Below, piece after piece: positions 1-7,897 of a stretch of DNA of 20,000 nt (position 1 is its first letter; the number at the start of each line of letters is the position of its first letter). Both the position numbers and the translations under genes were made by a program. Origin of the DNA: an uncultured virus (IMG/VR IMGVR_UViG_3300034061_003767) (lineage: Duplodnaviria > Heunggongvirae > Uroviricota > Caudoviricetes); IMG/VR virus record IMGVR_UViG_3300034061_003767; one strand, written 5' to 3'. The notes beneath the pieces are model-generated. The model saw only the letters and a list, made by a program, of their open reading frames with translations. It did no database searches and was not told the DNA's origin.

Positions 1-117
1 GAGGATGATGAGGATTATGATCTCGACAGTGAATACTGGGATCAGTTTGACGATGAAGAAGATGAGGATGATGATGACTATGATTACAACTACGGTGGTA
101 ATCAGTACCCTGGCTGA
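1..117 (+). CDS. 3' end of a hypothetical protein with a highly acidic C-terminus (partial)
   Basis: Frame 1 is open from base 1 (EDDEDYDLDSEYWDQFDDEEDEDDDDYDYNYGGNQYPG) to TGA at 115-117; not in the ORF track. Confidence 0.75.
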   Translation, partial: EDDEDYDLDSEYWDQFDDEEDEDDDDYDYNYGGNQYPG

Positions 118-122
118 TTAAT

Positions 123-139
123 GACTCCGTAAAGGAGTC
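123..139 (+). other. small stem-loop GACTCC-GTAAA-GGAGTC
   Basis: Perfect 6-bp inverted repeat just after the stop at 117; no U-tract directly behind it, so its function is unclear. Confidence 0.5.
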
Positions 140-144
140 GGAAG

Positions 145-203
145 AAAATGGGCCGCTGGTGCGGATACTAGTTAAGGGAGTGGTTCGATTCCACTACCAT
201 TTT
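145..203 (+). ncRNA. truncated tRNA-like element (acceptor stem, mini D-arm, canonical T-arm, no clear anticodon arm)
   Basis: AAAATGG(145-151)/CCATTTT(197-203) 7-bp stem; CCGC-TGGT-GCGG hairpin (153-164); AGTGG-TTCGATT-CCACT T-arm (179-195); GC-rich relative to flanks. Confidence 0.55.
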
Positions 204-218
204 TTAAAGAGGTTTACA

Positions 219-620
219 ATGCACGACCCATATGATGACGAAGATGATGGTTATGATGATGAACATTATGATAAAGACTATAATGATCAATATGATCCAT
301 ATAAATTCTATTTTCAGTTCGACATGAGTAATACCCCATTGTCAGACTGGATTACTAAAATGATTAATGATATAGTAAATAAAGAAATAGACTTGGACAA
401 GATGATAGTGTTTCCTGTGAATAGTTGGAATCCCAATACTGAGAGCAAGCCAAAACTCCAGTATTTGGGATCCAATTATAATAAAGAGCCTATATGGAAA
501 ACTAAATACTTTATATCCAACCCTCTTAATCAAGAATATAAAAAACATTTACAAAGCAATGCAGCACATTTTATTAAACAACCCAATTATTACAAGGGTT
601 TGTTTGATATTTTAAATTAA
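219..620 (+). CDS. hypothetical protein with an acidic D/Y-rich N-terminus
   Basis: ATG at 219 follows an AGAGG SD-like motif; the ORF-track start at 159 would overlap the tRNA-like element. Confidence 0.75.
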   Translation: MHDPYDDEDDGYDDEHYDKDYNDQYDPYKFYFQFDMSNTPLSDWITKMINDIVNKEIDLDKMIVFPVNSWNPNTESKPKLQYLGSNYNKEPIWKTKYFISNPLNQEYKKHLQSNAAHFIKQPNYYKGLFDILN

Positions 621-631
621 AAGGAGTTTCT

Positions 632-1057
632 ATGTCTGACTCAGAATGGTTTATTGTGCCTGATTTATCAGAGTTTACAGATAAAGCACGATCAATAGTC
701 TATAATAATTTTGGCGTTTGGAACAATAAAACAGATATGGATATCCTTATAGATGATGTGGCTCAAAATGAAAAAGCGGAATTTGATAAAGTATTATCTC
801 ATCAAGAGAGTTTAGTAATAGTTAAAGAAAATCTGAAAAGAGAAAGAAATAAGATCACAAAAAAAATTAGATATATTCTAAACGATGATATATTTGCTGA
901 GATAGTATATAAACTTAATGATAGGATGGTAAGTAATATTATTAGTGGTTTGGTTCAAAAGGGTTTAGTAGAAACTGCTTTTGATGAAGAGGCCAACGAC
1001 TTTGTTTTTTGGGTGAAAAATGATCAAGAAGAAAAAGAAAAACCAGAAACCGATTGA
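632..1057 (+). CDS. hypothetical protein, possible C-terminal winged-helix-like segment
   Basis: 141 aa ORF with AAGGAG SD; 'IISGLVQKGLVETAFDEEANDFVFW' resembles a wHTH helix plus wing. Confidence 0.75.
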   Translation: MSDSEWFIVPDLSEFTDKARSIVYNNFGVWNNKTDMDILIDDVAQNEKAEFDKVLSHQESLVIVKENLKRERNKITKKIRYILNDDIFAEIVYKLNDRMVSNIISGLVQKGLVETAFDEEANDFVFWVKNDQEEKEKPETD

Positions 1058-1448
1058 AATAGATGCTCACTTCAAATATCGATGTCCAAAATCAAATTGC
1101 GGATTTGATCATTGGCTATCTTTAAAAGAGTGTCAAACAAAAGACTTTAAAATAGTTTGTGATTGTGGGTTTGTATTTAAGCCTAAAAAAATATCTAAGA
1201 TTAAGATAGTTTATTCAGATATTAAGTTGGCGGACAACAAAGAACAACCCGCCAAGATTATAGAAAAACCTAAAATTCCTGTTGACTTTAAGAACGATTG
1301 TGGTAAACTATTGATTAGTTATGGTTTCACAAAAGAAGAAGCGATATCTTTATGTGAAAAAGCTTTTGAGAAAAATCCGGTTAACAGTTCTGGATTATTG
1401 ATTAAATATATATTACAAAATTTGGAGCAATTAAATGTCAACAATTAA
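1020..1448 (+). CDS. Zn-ribbon protein with a C-terminal RuvA domain III-like helical module
   Basis: CPKSNC...CDC at aa 22-49; aa ~90-135 'DCGKLLISYGFTKEEAISLCEKA...SSGLLIKYILQNL' fits the RuvA C-terminal pattern (ALxxLGYxxxEAxxA...LIRxAL); overlaps the ruvB start. Confidence 0.65.
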   Translation: MIKKKKKNQKPIEIDAHFKYRCPKSNCGFDHWLSLKECQTKDFKIVCDCGFVFKPKKISKIKIVYSDIKLADNKEQPAKIIEKPKIPVDFKNDCGKLLISYGFTKEEAISLCEKAFEKNPVNSSGLLIKYILQNLEQLNVNN

Positions 1449-2328
1449 AAGGCCAACATCGTTCGACAACATTATCGGTCAGTCAGATGTTGTTACCAGA
1501 CTCAAAATCTCTACGCTGGGCTGTAAAAAAACAGGTAGCGTCCTCCCTCATGTTTTAATTGACGGGCCTCCTGGCCTTGGTAAAACAACCATAGCGGGTG
1601 CTATAGCCACTGAGATGGACGTTAATCTATATACCGCAAACGCAGCAAATTTGCGTAGTGTTAAAAGTGTTCTGCCTTATCTGCTGCGTATGACAAAAAG
1701 ATCAGTATTTTTTATAGATGAAATTCATAGGCTACCAAAACTAGTTGAAGAATTTCTCTATCCGGTCATGGAAGATTTTAAAATTAATATTGTTCTTGAA
1801 AAAGAGCCAGAAGAAATTGAAATTCCTGCATTTACTTTAGTAGGAGCAACCACTAGCGGAGGTAGTCTTAGTCAGCCGTTTTATGATCGTTTTCAAATCA
1901 AAGAACATCTATCTTTCTATACTGATGATGAACTAGCCAAACTAGCAGGATTGAATTCAAGTAGTCTAGGACTAGTCATACCAGAATCAGACCTTTTGGA
2001 AATTGCAAAAAGAAGCAAAGGAACACCAAGAATTCTAAATGCTAGACTACAATGGTATAAAAACTATAAGATGTGTAATGAAGCAGAATCTGATGTTCAT
2101 AATATTTTTCAACTACAAGGAATTGACGAATACGGTCTAGATGTGTATGATAGAATGTATCTAGACATTCTTAAAAATAACAAAGGCAATCCGTTAGGTT
2201 TGAAATCCATTAGTTCTCTTACGGGCATAGCGATAGAGACTATTGAAAATAGTATTGAGCCATATTTAGTACGAAAAGGATTTGTACATCGCACCCAAAA
2301 AGGAAGAGTCATAGGTCAAATATGTTAA
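1435..2328 (+). CDS. ruvB: Holliday junction branch migration ATPase RuvB
   Basis: RPxxFxxxIGQ, Walker A GPPGLGKT, Walker B FIDEIHRL, LYPVMEDF, FTLVGATT, DRF Arg finger, GTPR sensor II, IEPYL...RTQKGR. Confidence 0.95.
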   Translation: MSTIKRPTSFDNIIGQSDVVTRLKISTLGCKKTGSVLPHVLIDGPPGLGKTTIAGAIATEMDVNLYTANAANLRSVKSVLPYLLRMTKRSVFFIDEIHRLPKLVEEFLYPVMEDFKINIVLEKEPEEIEIPAFTLVGATTSGGSLSQPFYDRFQIKEHLSFYTDDELAKLAGLNSSSLGLVIPESDLLEIAKRSKGTPRILNARLQWYKNYKMCNEAESDVHNIFQLQGIDEYGLDVYDRMYLDILKNNKGNPLGLKSISSLTGIAIETIENSIEPYLVRKGFVHRTQKGRVIGQIC

Positions 2329-2705
2329 AAACAATATGCTTTACGTTTTGTCTTTTATTATTTTCAACAACTATCATTGCTAATGATGGCTTTATTTTAT
2401 CCTCTATGGAGGAAACACAAAAACTTTCTAAATTAACAAACAAACCTGCACTAGTAATATTTGGTGCAGACTATTGCAAGTTTTGTCAGATACTTAAACA
2501 AGATATCTTGACTAATCAATTAAGTCCAAGCATAAATGAATATATTATATGCTATATTGATGTAAAAGATAATCTTAATCTAAAAAACAAATATAAAATA
2601 TCTTCTATACCCGACTCTAGAATATTTATTGATAACGAACAAGTGTCTAAAACCACGGGCTATTCAAAAGACACATATAAAAAGTGGTTAAATAATGATC
2701 GATAA
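2322..2705 (+). CDS. exported thioredoxin-fold protein (CxxC)
   Basis: N-terminal signal peptide-like stretch; KPALVIFGADYCKFC; 'SIP' cis-Pro loop. Confidence 0.8.
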   Translation: MLKTICFTFCLLLFSTTIIANDGFILSSMEETQKLSKLTNKPALVIFGADYCKFCQILKQDILTNQLSPSINEYIICYIDVKDNLNLKNKYKISSIPDSRIFIDNEQVSKTTGYSKDTYKKWLNNDR

Positions 2706-3003
2706 TAATTCTATAATAATATTAGTCATTATTATTTTAATTATTAATTCGTTTTTTATAGGATACTTATTGGGTCGATCTGTCAGTACAAAGGGTGTAT
2801 CAAATAATAATACCAAATCATTTTTTAAACGAGAACACGAGAAACTAAACACAAATAATCCTATTTCCATAGACGATAAAAAATTCGTTGCTGATATCAA
2901 AACAGATGGATTAGAAAAAAAATATGATTCATTAGGAGATATTAAAAAGAGTGAAGAAAATATCTCTAATTCTGTAAACAAACTTAAAAACCTAAAGAGG
3001 TAG
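2695..3003 (+). CDS. small bitopic membrane protein
   Basis: Single N-terminal hydrophobic helix (IIILVIIILIINSFFIGYLLG) followed by a basic, hydrophilic tail. Confidence 0.75.
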   Translation: MIDNNSIIILVIIILIINSFFIGYLLGRSVSTKGVSNNNTKSFFKREHEKLNTNNPISIDDKKFVADIKTDGLEKKYDSLGDIKKSEENISNSVNKLKNLKR

Positions 3004-3007
3004 TACA

Positions 3008-4009
3008 ATGTCAAAAGGCTTAGACGTAGGAACAAGTTACATAGTATTGTCTTCAGAACAAGATGGCAATATAGAGTATAAAGACTTTAGAGATGCTTTC
3101 TATATAATTAAACCTACCACTCCCGTAGCAACCAAAATGATCGAAAAAGGTTTAGCTGGAAAAACATTTATCAAAGATAGTGACGGATCGTTTATTATCT
3201 TAGGAAAAGACGCTATAGAAAAAGCAGTAGAAAGAAATGATGTTGCAAAAAGACCCATGTATAGGGGTGTTGTCTCAGCAAAAGAAAAAGACGCAAAAAG
3301 AGTACTAGCATTTATTTTAAAAGAAGTAGTCGGAACATCCTCAGAGTCAGGAGAAAAACTTGTATTCTGTGTTCCTGCACAACCTGTTGATCAAGAAGAC
3401 GAAGATTTTGATGTTGGATACCATGAAGATGTTGTTAAAAGTGTTTTAGCAGAATGTGGTTATGATGCTAGAGCAATTAATGAAGCAGAGGCTTTGTGCT
3501 ACTCAGAATTAGAGGGCGATGATTATACTGGGATAGCAATTAGTTGTGGGGCTGGTATGACAAATGTTTGTGTTATGTTAAACGGTGAGCCAACAGTAGT
3601 CTTTAGTACCACAAAGTCAGGCGATTGGATTGATCGTATGAGTGCTGTAGCCACAGGAGAAACGGATAGTGTTGTACAGGCTGAGAAAGAGGGTGGTCAA
3701 TTTAAAATTGGAGAACCCAACAACAATCCTGTCCTTGCTGCGGTATCTGCATATTATGAAAGACTAATTGATTATACTACAAAACAATTATCCTCAGCAT
3801 TAACAGGACATAAGTCTTTACCAAAATTTAAAGATCCTCTCAAAATTGTTGTTGCTGGAGGAACCTCTCAAGCACAAGGATATATAGAATTATTCACACA
3901 AAAACTAGCAGAAAATAACTTCCCTCTTGTAGTCAAAGAGGTCGTCCACGCTACTGATCCACTTCATGCTGTTTCTAAAGGATGCTTAATAGCGGCCAAA
4001 GTATTATAA
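3008..4009 (+). CDS. actin-like ATPase, volactin-like family
   Basis: Phosphate-1 KGLDVGT, RPMxxG, connect-1 INEAEALCYSEL, phosphate-2 GIAISCGAGMTNVC, GDWID, adenosine VVAGGTS, connect-2 DPLHAVSKGCLIAA. Confidence 0.9.
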   Translation: MSKGLDVGTSYIVLSSEQDGNIEYKDFRDAFYIIKPTTPVATKMIEKGLAGKTFIKDSDGSFIILGKDAIEKAVERNDVAKRPMYRGVVSAKEKDAKRVLAFILKEVVGTSSESGEKLVFCVPAQPVDQEDEDFDVGYHEDVVKSVLAECGYDARAINEAEALCYSELEGDDYTGIAISCGAGMTNVCVMLNGEPTVVFSTTKSGDWIDRMSAVATGETDSVVQAEKEGGQFKIGEPNNNPVLAAVSAYYERLIDYTTKQLSSALTGHKSLPKFKDPLKIVVAGGTSQAQGYIELFTQKLAENNFPLVVKEVVHATDPLHAVSKGCLIAAKVL

Positions 4010-4025
4010 TATAATAATATATTCA

Positions 4026-4038
4026 GTGTATTTAAATA
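4026..4038 (+). promoter_or_regulatory. candidate phage promoter motif GTGTAT plus AT-rich tail
   Basis: Intergenic GTGTAT 47 nt before the ATG at 4073; the same hexamer lies 50 nt before the ATG at 19717. Confidence 0.3.
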
Positions 4039-4072
4039 GGATGTTCAGCCTCTAATAATTACGGAGGATGGT

Positions 4073-4828
4073 ATGCTTAAAAAGATTATATTCTGCATCT
4101 TATTTATTAATTTATCAACAATTTTTGCTGGAACAACAGACCCCAATACTCCAGATCAAAAGTATGTGGATTATGCCAAAGACTTTTATTATGTAGGTAA
4201 AATATGTGGATCTTATGAAGACGGCACTAGATTTTGTGCATCTGCTGTAGCAATAGATGATCATCATATATTAACTGCTGCTCATGTTGTAAAAAATAGT
4301 GTTTCGTGTTCGGTTTCTTTTGATGATAAAAAATATAACATAATTACAATGACTATACATAAAGATTTCAATGAAAATAAATTTGGAACAGCAGATATTG
4401 CTATAGGATATTCAGAAAAATCGTTTGACTTAAAGTTTTATCCACAATTATACAATAATAATGATGAAATTGGCAAAGTGTGCTGTATTTCTGGATATGG
4501 TTTAACTGGTACATTTAAAACTGGAGCACGCTTATCTGATCAAAAAAAACGAGCAGGATCAAATATCATAGATGATATAGAAGATGATATGCTTATTTGT
4601 AGTCCTTCTTATCCTCAAGATTCTAATAGAACTTCATTAGAATTTTTTATAGCTAGTGGAGATAGTGGTGGTGGTCTTTTTATAGATAGTCGTTTGGCCG
4701 GAATAAATTCTTGTGTGATGGCTATTGACAGATCGCCCAAAAGCAAATATAATGAACAGTCAGGCCATACTAGGATTCAAAAATTCATCTCTTGGATTGA
4801 AGAAAACAAAATTAAAAAACAAAAATGA
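4073..4828 (+). CDS. exported trypsin-like (S1) serine protease
   Basis: Signal peptide; catalytic triad motifs LTAAHV, ADIAI, GDSGGG; GGAGG SD. Confidence 0.92.
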   Translation: MLKKIIFCILFINLSTIFAGTTDPNTPDQKYVDYAKDFYYVGKICGSYEDGTRFCASAVAIDDHHILTAAHVVKNSVSCSVSFDDKKYNIITMTIHKDFNENKFGTADIAIGYSEKSFDLKFYPQLYNNNDEIGKVCCISGYGLTGTFKTGARLSDQKKRAGSNIIDDIEDDMLICSPSYPQDSNRTSLEFFIASGDSGGGLFIDSRLAGINSCVMAIDRSPKSKYNEQSGHTRIQKFISWIEENKIKKQK

Positions 4829-5022
4829 AAGACTTTGATAGTTTTGATAGAAAATCTTTTCGTAAAGAAAAATTAGATAGCAAAAAAAAAGATAGAAAAT
4901 TATCTAGCGATTTTAGCGAAGAGCAAAGAATTAAAAGATTAAATAAACAAAATCTAAAGAAAAAAATTCAGGAAATAGCAGAAGAAGAAAAATGGGAAGA
5001 CTGGGAAAATGAAATACATTGA
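4825..5022 (+). CDS. small highly charged hypothetical protein
   Basis: 65 aa, ATGA overlap with the upstream gene; basic body with an acidic WEDWE tail. Confidence 0.65.
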   Translation: MKDFDSFDRKSFRKEKLDSKKKDRKLSSDFSEEQRIKRLNKQNLKKKIQEIAEEEKWEDWENEIH

Positions 5023-5245
5023 GGAAATTTATTCTGGAGATTGTTTTGAATTTAAAAATAAACAATATTTATTAACACATGACTTTAAAAAAAATGGTCA
5101 AAGATTATGTTATTGTTTATTAGACGGCACAGGAGAATGGTTTGAGCCTTCTGTTATGGTTGAGATATTTCCTATATATGGACTAGACAATAACAATAAT
5201 ACATATCCTATTAAACCAACACCGAAATCGTCAGATGTTATCTAG
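5009..5245 (+). CDS. hypothetical protein
   Basis: 78 aa ORF overlapping both neighbours. Confidence 0.65.
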   Translation: MKYIEEIYSGDCFEFKNKQYLLTHDFKKNGQRLCYCLLDGTGEWFEPSVMVEIFPIYGLDNNNNTYPIKPTPKSSDVI

Positions 5246-5489
5246 ATTAAAAATATTTGTCTCGTCATTATTCTGGCATATTGCTAGAGGATTGCCAAAA
5301 AGTGGAAAACAAAATATCTTAGCAAGATATGACATTTGTAAACAATGTGAATCTTATAATCGTCAATACAAAATTTGTAATGAATGTGGATGTAATATAT
5401 CTAATAAAAGTATTTTTTTAAATAAATTAGCTTGGGCTGATCAGGAATGTCCTTTAGGAAAATGGGGTAAATATGCAAAAGATAAATAA
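5235..5489 (+). CDS. small Cys-rich putative Zn-binding phage protein
   Basis: RxxICxxC...CxxCGC...CPLGKW pattern, common in phage hypothetical proteins. Confidence 0.75.
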   Translation: MLSRLKIFVSSLFWHIARGLPKSGKQNILARYDICKQCESYNRQYKICNECGCNISNKSIFLNKLAWADQECPLGKWGKYAKDK

Positions 5490-6021
5490 AAAACATATAT
5501 TTTATATTAAAGATAATTTATTTGACAATATTATTAATAAAATTCAAACTAGTCAAACTAGTCACACAATTATAGTTCCTCATGTATGTAATAATATTAA
5601 TCTTTTTGATGCTGGATTTGCTGGTCAGATCTCTATTAGATATCCTGTAGTCAAAGCAAATTTTCACCTTTTAGGTAAGGATGCTAAATTAGGCTATACG
5701 CAATTTGTTAAAGCGTACGAAAATACCAAAAAAGAAAGTGAAATTGTTTTTGCTAATATGATTAGCCAAAATGGTACTATCGGAGCTTTAAATAAACGTC
5801 CATTAAATTATGCTTTCTTAATGCGTTGTATGCTTGATGTTAAACAATTTATTCAAAATAAAACTAAAGAAGATACAGAACAAATAATAGAAATACATTG
5901 TCCAAAATTTGGTAGTGGTTTAGCAGGAGGTCAATGGTCTTTTATTCATCAGCTAATAATAGATATATGGAAAAATATTCCCGTCTATGTTTATGACTAT
6001 GACAATAGGAATAAAATATAA
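5473..6021 (+). CDS. macrodomain protein (Poa1p/TARG1/DarG-like ADP-ribose hydrolase fold)
   Basis: IVPHVCN...AGFA..I..RYP, VFANMISQ, LNY, IHCPKFGSGLAGGQW signature. Confidence 0.85.
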   Translation: MQKINKKHIFYIKDNLFDNIINKIQTSQTSHTIIVPHVCNNINLFDAGFAGQISIRYPVVKANFHLLGKDAKLGYTQFVKAYENTKKESEIVFANMISQNGTIGALNKRPLNYAFLMRCMLDVKQFIQNKTKEDTEQIIEIHCPKFGSGLAGGQWSFIHQLIIDIWKNIPVYVYDYDNRNKI

Positions 6022-6635
6022 TGCAAGATCTTATGACACAACAAGATATCTATAAGGAATTAGATTTTTGGAAAAATTATATACAGCCATATAAAAATTT
6101 TAAACATAAACAATATTATATAGATTTTTTTCCATTTTCAGAAATTACTGGACATTGTTTAGAAATTGGTTGTGGAGGATCTCCCTTTGTTACATATGTG
6201 GATAATCCTATATCTAATATAGATTTATCTTTGGTCGATCCTCTAATAAATCAAATAGCAGAACTGCCTAGATATGACTTTTTAAAAAATTATCATATTT
6301 TTAATTGTAGTCTACTAAATTTTAGTACATTAGAAACATACGACTATATTATTTGCTTAAATGTTTTAGATCATTTTCCAAAATATCATACTAATTTTAT
6401 AGATAAAATAAAAAGTCTTTTAAAGCCTCTCGGTAAATTATTTTTATATTATGATATTAGAAAAGAGAATAAAGATGATCACTATAGTATTGATCACAAT
6501 ATAATTTATCAACATATTCATAATAATTTTTCTATAGTTAAAGAATCTTTAGCTATTAATCCAGAACATAAAGATTGGTCTACAGTATATATGGGATACA
6601 GAGCTGTTTTAGAAAATAAACTGGACCACAAATGA
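6021..6635 (+). CDS. class I SAM-dependent methyltransferase
   Basis: CLEIGCGG motif I, VDP, YDYIICLNVLDH, LLKPLGKL. Confidence 0.85.
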   Translation: MQDLMTQQDIYKELDFWKNYIQPYKNFKHKQYYIDFFPFSEITGHCLEIGCGGSPFVTYVDNPISNIDLSLVDPLINQIAELPRYDFLKNYHIFNCSLLNFSTLETYDYIICLNVLDHFPKYHTNFIDKIKSLLKPLGKLFLYYDIRKENKDDHYSIDHNIIYQHIHNNFSIVKESLAINPEHKDWSTVYMGYRAVLENKLDHK

Positions 6636-7210
6636 ATTATTTACTCGATTGCGGTACTCATTTTTTTCAGGGATTAAACAAACTAAATGATATCTATAGG
6701 TTTGACCATACTTGGCAGATTTATTGTTTTGAGGCTAATCCTATAACATTTATAAAATCAAAAAAATATTATCCATCTTTTCCAAATATAATACATGAAA
6801 ATTTGGCTGTTTCTATAAACGAAAATGAATGTATAGTAAACTGCGACATAAATAATAATGATGAATGTGGTCAGGGATCAAATATATTAACATCACCACC
6901 TAATAAAGATATCGTATACAATCACTTGTTCAATTTTATGCCATATAAAGTGAAAAAATTTGATATCTGTAAATTTTTACAACAACTAAATAACATAGAA
7001 CAATTAATTATTAAAATTGATATTGAAGGAGAAGAGTTTAATGTAGTCCCACATATTTTAAAACACTTTAATTGTTCACTCATCAATACTATATATATAG
7101 AATTTCATGAGAGATTTTTTATAGAAGAAATAGAGACTTATCAAAAATTAAAAATAAAATATAAAGAGTCTTTATCCAAACTTGGTTGCCGCGTGATAGA
7201 ATGGGAATGA
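6632..7210 (+). CDS. FkbM-family methyltransferase
   Basis: LDCGTH, YCFEANP, ENLAV, IKIDIEGEE, YIEFH. Confidence 0.88.
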   Translation: MNYLLDCGTHFFQGLNKLNDIYRFDHTWQIYCFEANPITFIKSKKYYPSFPNIIHENLAVSINENECIVNCDINNNDECGQGSNILTSPPNKDIVYNHLFNFMPYKVKKFDICKFLQQLNNIEQLIIKIDIEGEEFNVVPHILKHFNCSLINTIYIEFHERFFIEEIETYQKLKIKYKESLSKLGCRVIEWE

Positions 7211-7217
7211 ATAATAT

Positions 7218-7895
7218 ATGAAACTCTACACTCTATATACCGATTCTCATGCTGTTTTATTAAATAATTTTTTTCTTCCTTCTGTTAAGAAAGTAAAAAA
7301 CATAGAACTAATTATTGAACATAAACCACAAGACTGTGCATCTGGACAATATATGCAGAATGGTTGGCTGACAACCATGAAACATAAAGTTCAATATCAC
7401 ATAAAAGCCTGTCAAATATATGACGATGAAATATTTATATATTCTGATTGTGATGTTATTTTTTTAAATAAAAATTTAGTACAATCTATAATTGATGAAA
7501 TGGGAGATTGTGATATAGCTTGCCAAAACGATGTTGCCCTCTACAATAATAGAGATACTTGTTGTGCTGGGTTCTTTGTTTGTAAAACCAATAATAAGAC
7601 TGTACATCTTTGGCAAAGTATTTTAGAACACATGAATAGTTTACCAACAAATACAAACGAACAAGATCAGTCTTTATTAAATCACTATTTAGATAAAATT
7701 GATATTAAATATAAAACATTATCTCATAAATTTTTTACATTAGCAAGACATAAACCAGAACTATGGGATCAAAAAAATAACTACTTCGACTTTACTATAC
7801 CTGATGATATTATTGCATACCATGCTAATTGGACACATGGCATAGAAAACAAAATTGCTCTTTTAAATTATGTACAATCTAAAATAAAACAATAA
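7218..7895 (+). CDS. nucleotide-diphospho-sugar transferase (GT-A; GT77/Nucleotid_trans-like)
   Basis: IYSDCDVIF (DxD), CAGFF, DQSLLN, YHANW...K. Confidence 0.8.
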   Translation: MKLYTLYTDSHAVLLNNFFLPSVKKVKNIELIIEHKPQDCASGQYMQNGWLTTMKHKVQYHIKACQIYDDEIFIYSDCDVIFLNKNLVQSIIDEMGDCDIACQNDVALYNNRDTCCAGFFVCKTNNKTVHLWQSILEHMNSLPTNTNEQDQSLLNHYLDKIDIKYKTLSHKFFTLARHKPELWDQKNNYFDFTIPDDIIAYHANWTHGIENKIALLNYVQSKIKQ

Positions 7896-7897
7896 TT

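Noticed and set aside
145..203. Functional canonical tRNA gene
   Set aside because: Too short, no paired anticodon stem-loop, an extra base between T-stem and acceptor stem, and no assignable anticodon
159..218. GTG start at 159 extending the first ORF
   Set aside because: It runs through the tRNA-like structure; ATG 219 has an SD-like motif and is more plausible
5544..5564. Short tandem repeat TCAAACTAG x2
   Set aside because: In-frame 9-nt duplication (QTSQTS) within a coding region; no evidence of function
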